From assembly GCA_963695855.1 (NCBI GenBank), contig CAVOHZ010000010.1:1024001-1088000 (forward strand): a stretch of 64,000 nt of DNA, in the 5' to 3' direction. The notes below the pieces were generated by a model. That model ran no database searches. It was not told the DNA's origin and worked only from the letters and a program-made list of their open reading frames with translations. This DNA is from an uncultured Nitrososphaerales archaeon. GTDB taxonomy: Archaea; Thermoproteota; Nitrososphaeria; Nitrososphaerales; Nitrososphaeraceae. The position numbers and the translations under genes are program-made. This document shows positions 62,703 to 64,000 of the stretch, one piece after another. Every line of letters begins with the position of its first letter. Position 1 is the first letter of the stretch.

Positions 62703-63872
62703 TTATTTCAGATTTAAAGCAGCAATTGTACTGGCAAAGGTTTGATACGGTACTGCACCGGGAATTACACTTATCAGTTCATTATCTTTCAAAAGAACAA
62801 ATCCTGGGGTTCCAGAAAGTCCTATACTTCTTGCCAGCGAGTTATTTTCATCTACCAGATTTTGGTATTGCGCAGTTTGCACACAATTTTTAAATTTTTC
62901 TGTATCTGCAATCTGTACATTGGTTGCGAATTGTGTCAGTGAATCCAAAGTTATCCACTGCTGCGGTTCAGGTTTGAAATTATTAAATATCTCATTTGAA
63001 AATTCCCAGTATTTGTTCTGTTCAGCGGCACAATATGATGCTAATGCAGCCTGGTTAGACCCTCTGTATGCTCCACGATCATTTACAACGAAATCCTTGT
63101 ACAGAAATTTTACCATCCCTTTATCCACAAAATTTTGTGCTATTTTATCAAAACTTTCTTCATGAAATTTATGACAGAACGGACATCTGTAATCTGCAAA
63201 CTCAACTAGTGCTATCTTTGCATTTGGATCTCCAAGAGGTTTGACGTTTTCTGATATTGGTTCAAGCAATTGTGGTACAGATTTAGAAACTAAAAATTTT
63301 TCGGAGTACTGTACCAAGGAAGAGATCATTCTGTCAACAGTGGGTAAAGAACTGTAGTATTTTTCAGGTGTAGAAATGAATGACAGAAGGTACAGGTTCT
63401 TATTATCAAGATTTCCAAAGTCTACTTGAATTCTCTTTGTATTATCTGAATCGGTATAAGAATAAACCAATTTGTGGGAGAACATCTTTTTGGTATTAGG
63501 GATTATTGATGAATCTTCCAAATTAAAGTTATTCAAGGTGCTGCTTTTGTCTTTCAGTGTTGCTTCAACGATAGATTTCATTGATATAAAATTTGAAGTA
63601 ATAGGTATTGTACTTACTTTAACTACTTGTTTTGATGATCCATCTGGAGGTTGAAATTCTACTTCCGTATCTGAAATTTCAGAAAAAGTCCAACTACTGG
63701 GATAATCAACCTTTATACTGGAATCTGTATTCTCATAAGCAGAAAATTTCTCTTTTTGCTCGTTGATTAAATCAGATGATGACGGTATAGTCCATTGAGC
63801 TTCAACATTCATGGTTAGAAAATAAAGAATGCATAATGCTGAAGATATCAATACAAATAGCTTAAAATTCAC
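62703..63872 (-). CDS. Secreted PsbP-like domain plus DsbA-family thiol-disulfide oxidoreductase
   Basis: YEN…IKVDYPSSW PsbP-like start, then LGDPNAKIALVEFADYRCPFC and GTPGF (cis-Pro). Confidence 0.88.
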   Translation of the reverse strand: MNFKLFVLISSALCILYFLTMNVEAQWTIPSSSDLINEQKEKFSAYENTDSSIKVDYPSSWTFSEISDTEVEFQPPDGSSKQVVKVSTIPITSNFISMKSIVEATLKDKSSTLNNFNLEDSSIIPNTKKMFSHKLVYSYTDSDNTKRIQVDFGNLDNKNLYLLSFISTPEKYYSSLPTVDRMISSLVQYSEKFLVSKSVPQLLEPISENVKPLGDPNAKIALVEFADYRCPFCHKFHEESFDKIAQNFVDKGMVKFLYKDFVVNDRGAYRGSNQAALASYCAAEQNKYWEFSNEIFNNFKPEPQQWITLDSLTQFATNVQIADTEKFKNCVQTAQYQNLVDENNSLARSIGLSGTPGFVLLKDNELISVIPGAVPYQTFASTIAALNLK

Positions 63873-64000
63873 TAAGTGGCATCATAGTATATTCTTATAA
63901 ATTACATTGTCTTGGAGATATAACGACTGAGTTAAGAGAATTTCACAACAAAAACTAGTATTGTTATAAAAAGTATCATATCATCAGTTGCAAAACTAAA

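Overview
This strongly AT-rich window is from an archaeal chromosome. The gene set points to an ammonia-oxidising thaumarchaeon of the Nitrososphaeraceae, Nitrosocosmicus-like (inferred, not database-checked). Diagnostic genes are the archaeal FBP aldolase/phosphatase, tpiA, archaeal ThrRS, thermosome, fibrillarin/Nop5, Trm1, RNase HII, DpsL and an archaeal-type topoisomerase IA. Core blocks alternate with accessory regions. (i) An iron-uptake locus has an FTR1 permease and repeated TTAG-N6-CTAA (DtxR/IdeR-like) operators. (ii) A dispersed cell-surface glycan locus at about 15.9-34.8 kb encodes a nucleotide-sugar dehydrogenase, a processive HAS/Cps3S-like GT2, a GH5-like hydrolase, an AlgG-like beta-helix protein, a PQQ sugar dehydrogenase, a GT-C, a Dpm1-like synthase and an HprK-like kinase. 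It is interrupted by a segment carrying an HTH-coiled-coil gene, a eukaryote-type peptide:N-glycanase homolog and an IS5 element. (iii) A decaying accessory region at about 52-61 kb has several pseudogenes, including a cupredoxin-adenylate cyclase fusion. The most notable items are the PNGase/NGLY1-like gene, a phased TGAC-box array conserved upstream of two paralogous HTH-coiled-coil genes 33 kb apart, the putative polyuronide synthase system, and a 28-bp tandem array that amplifies a gene's 3' end. No rRNA, tRNA or CRISPR array was recognised.
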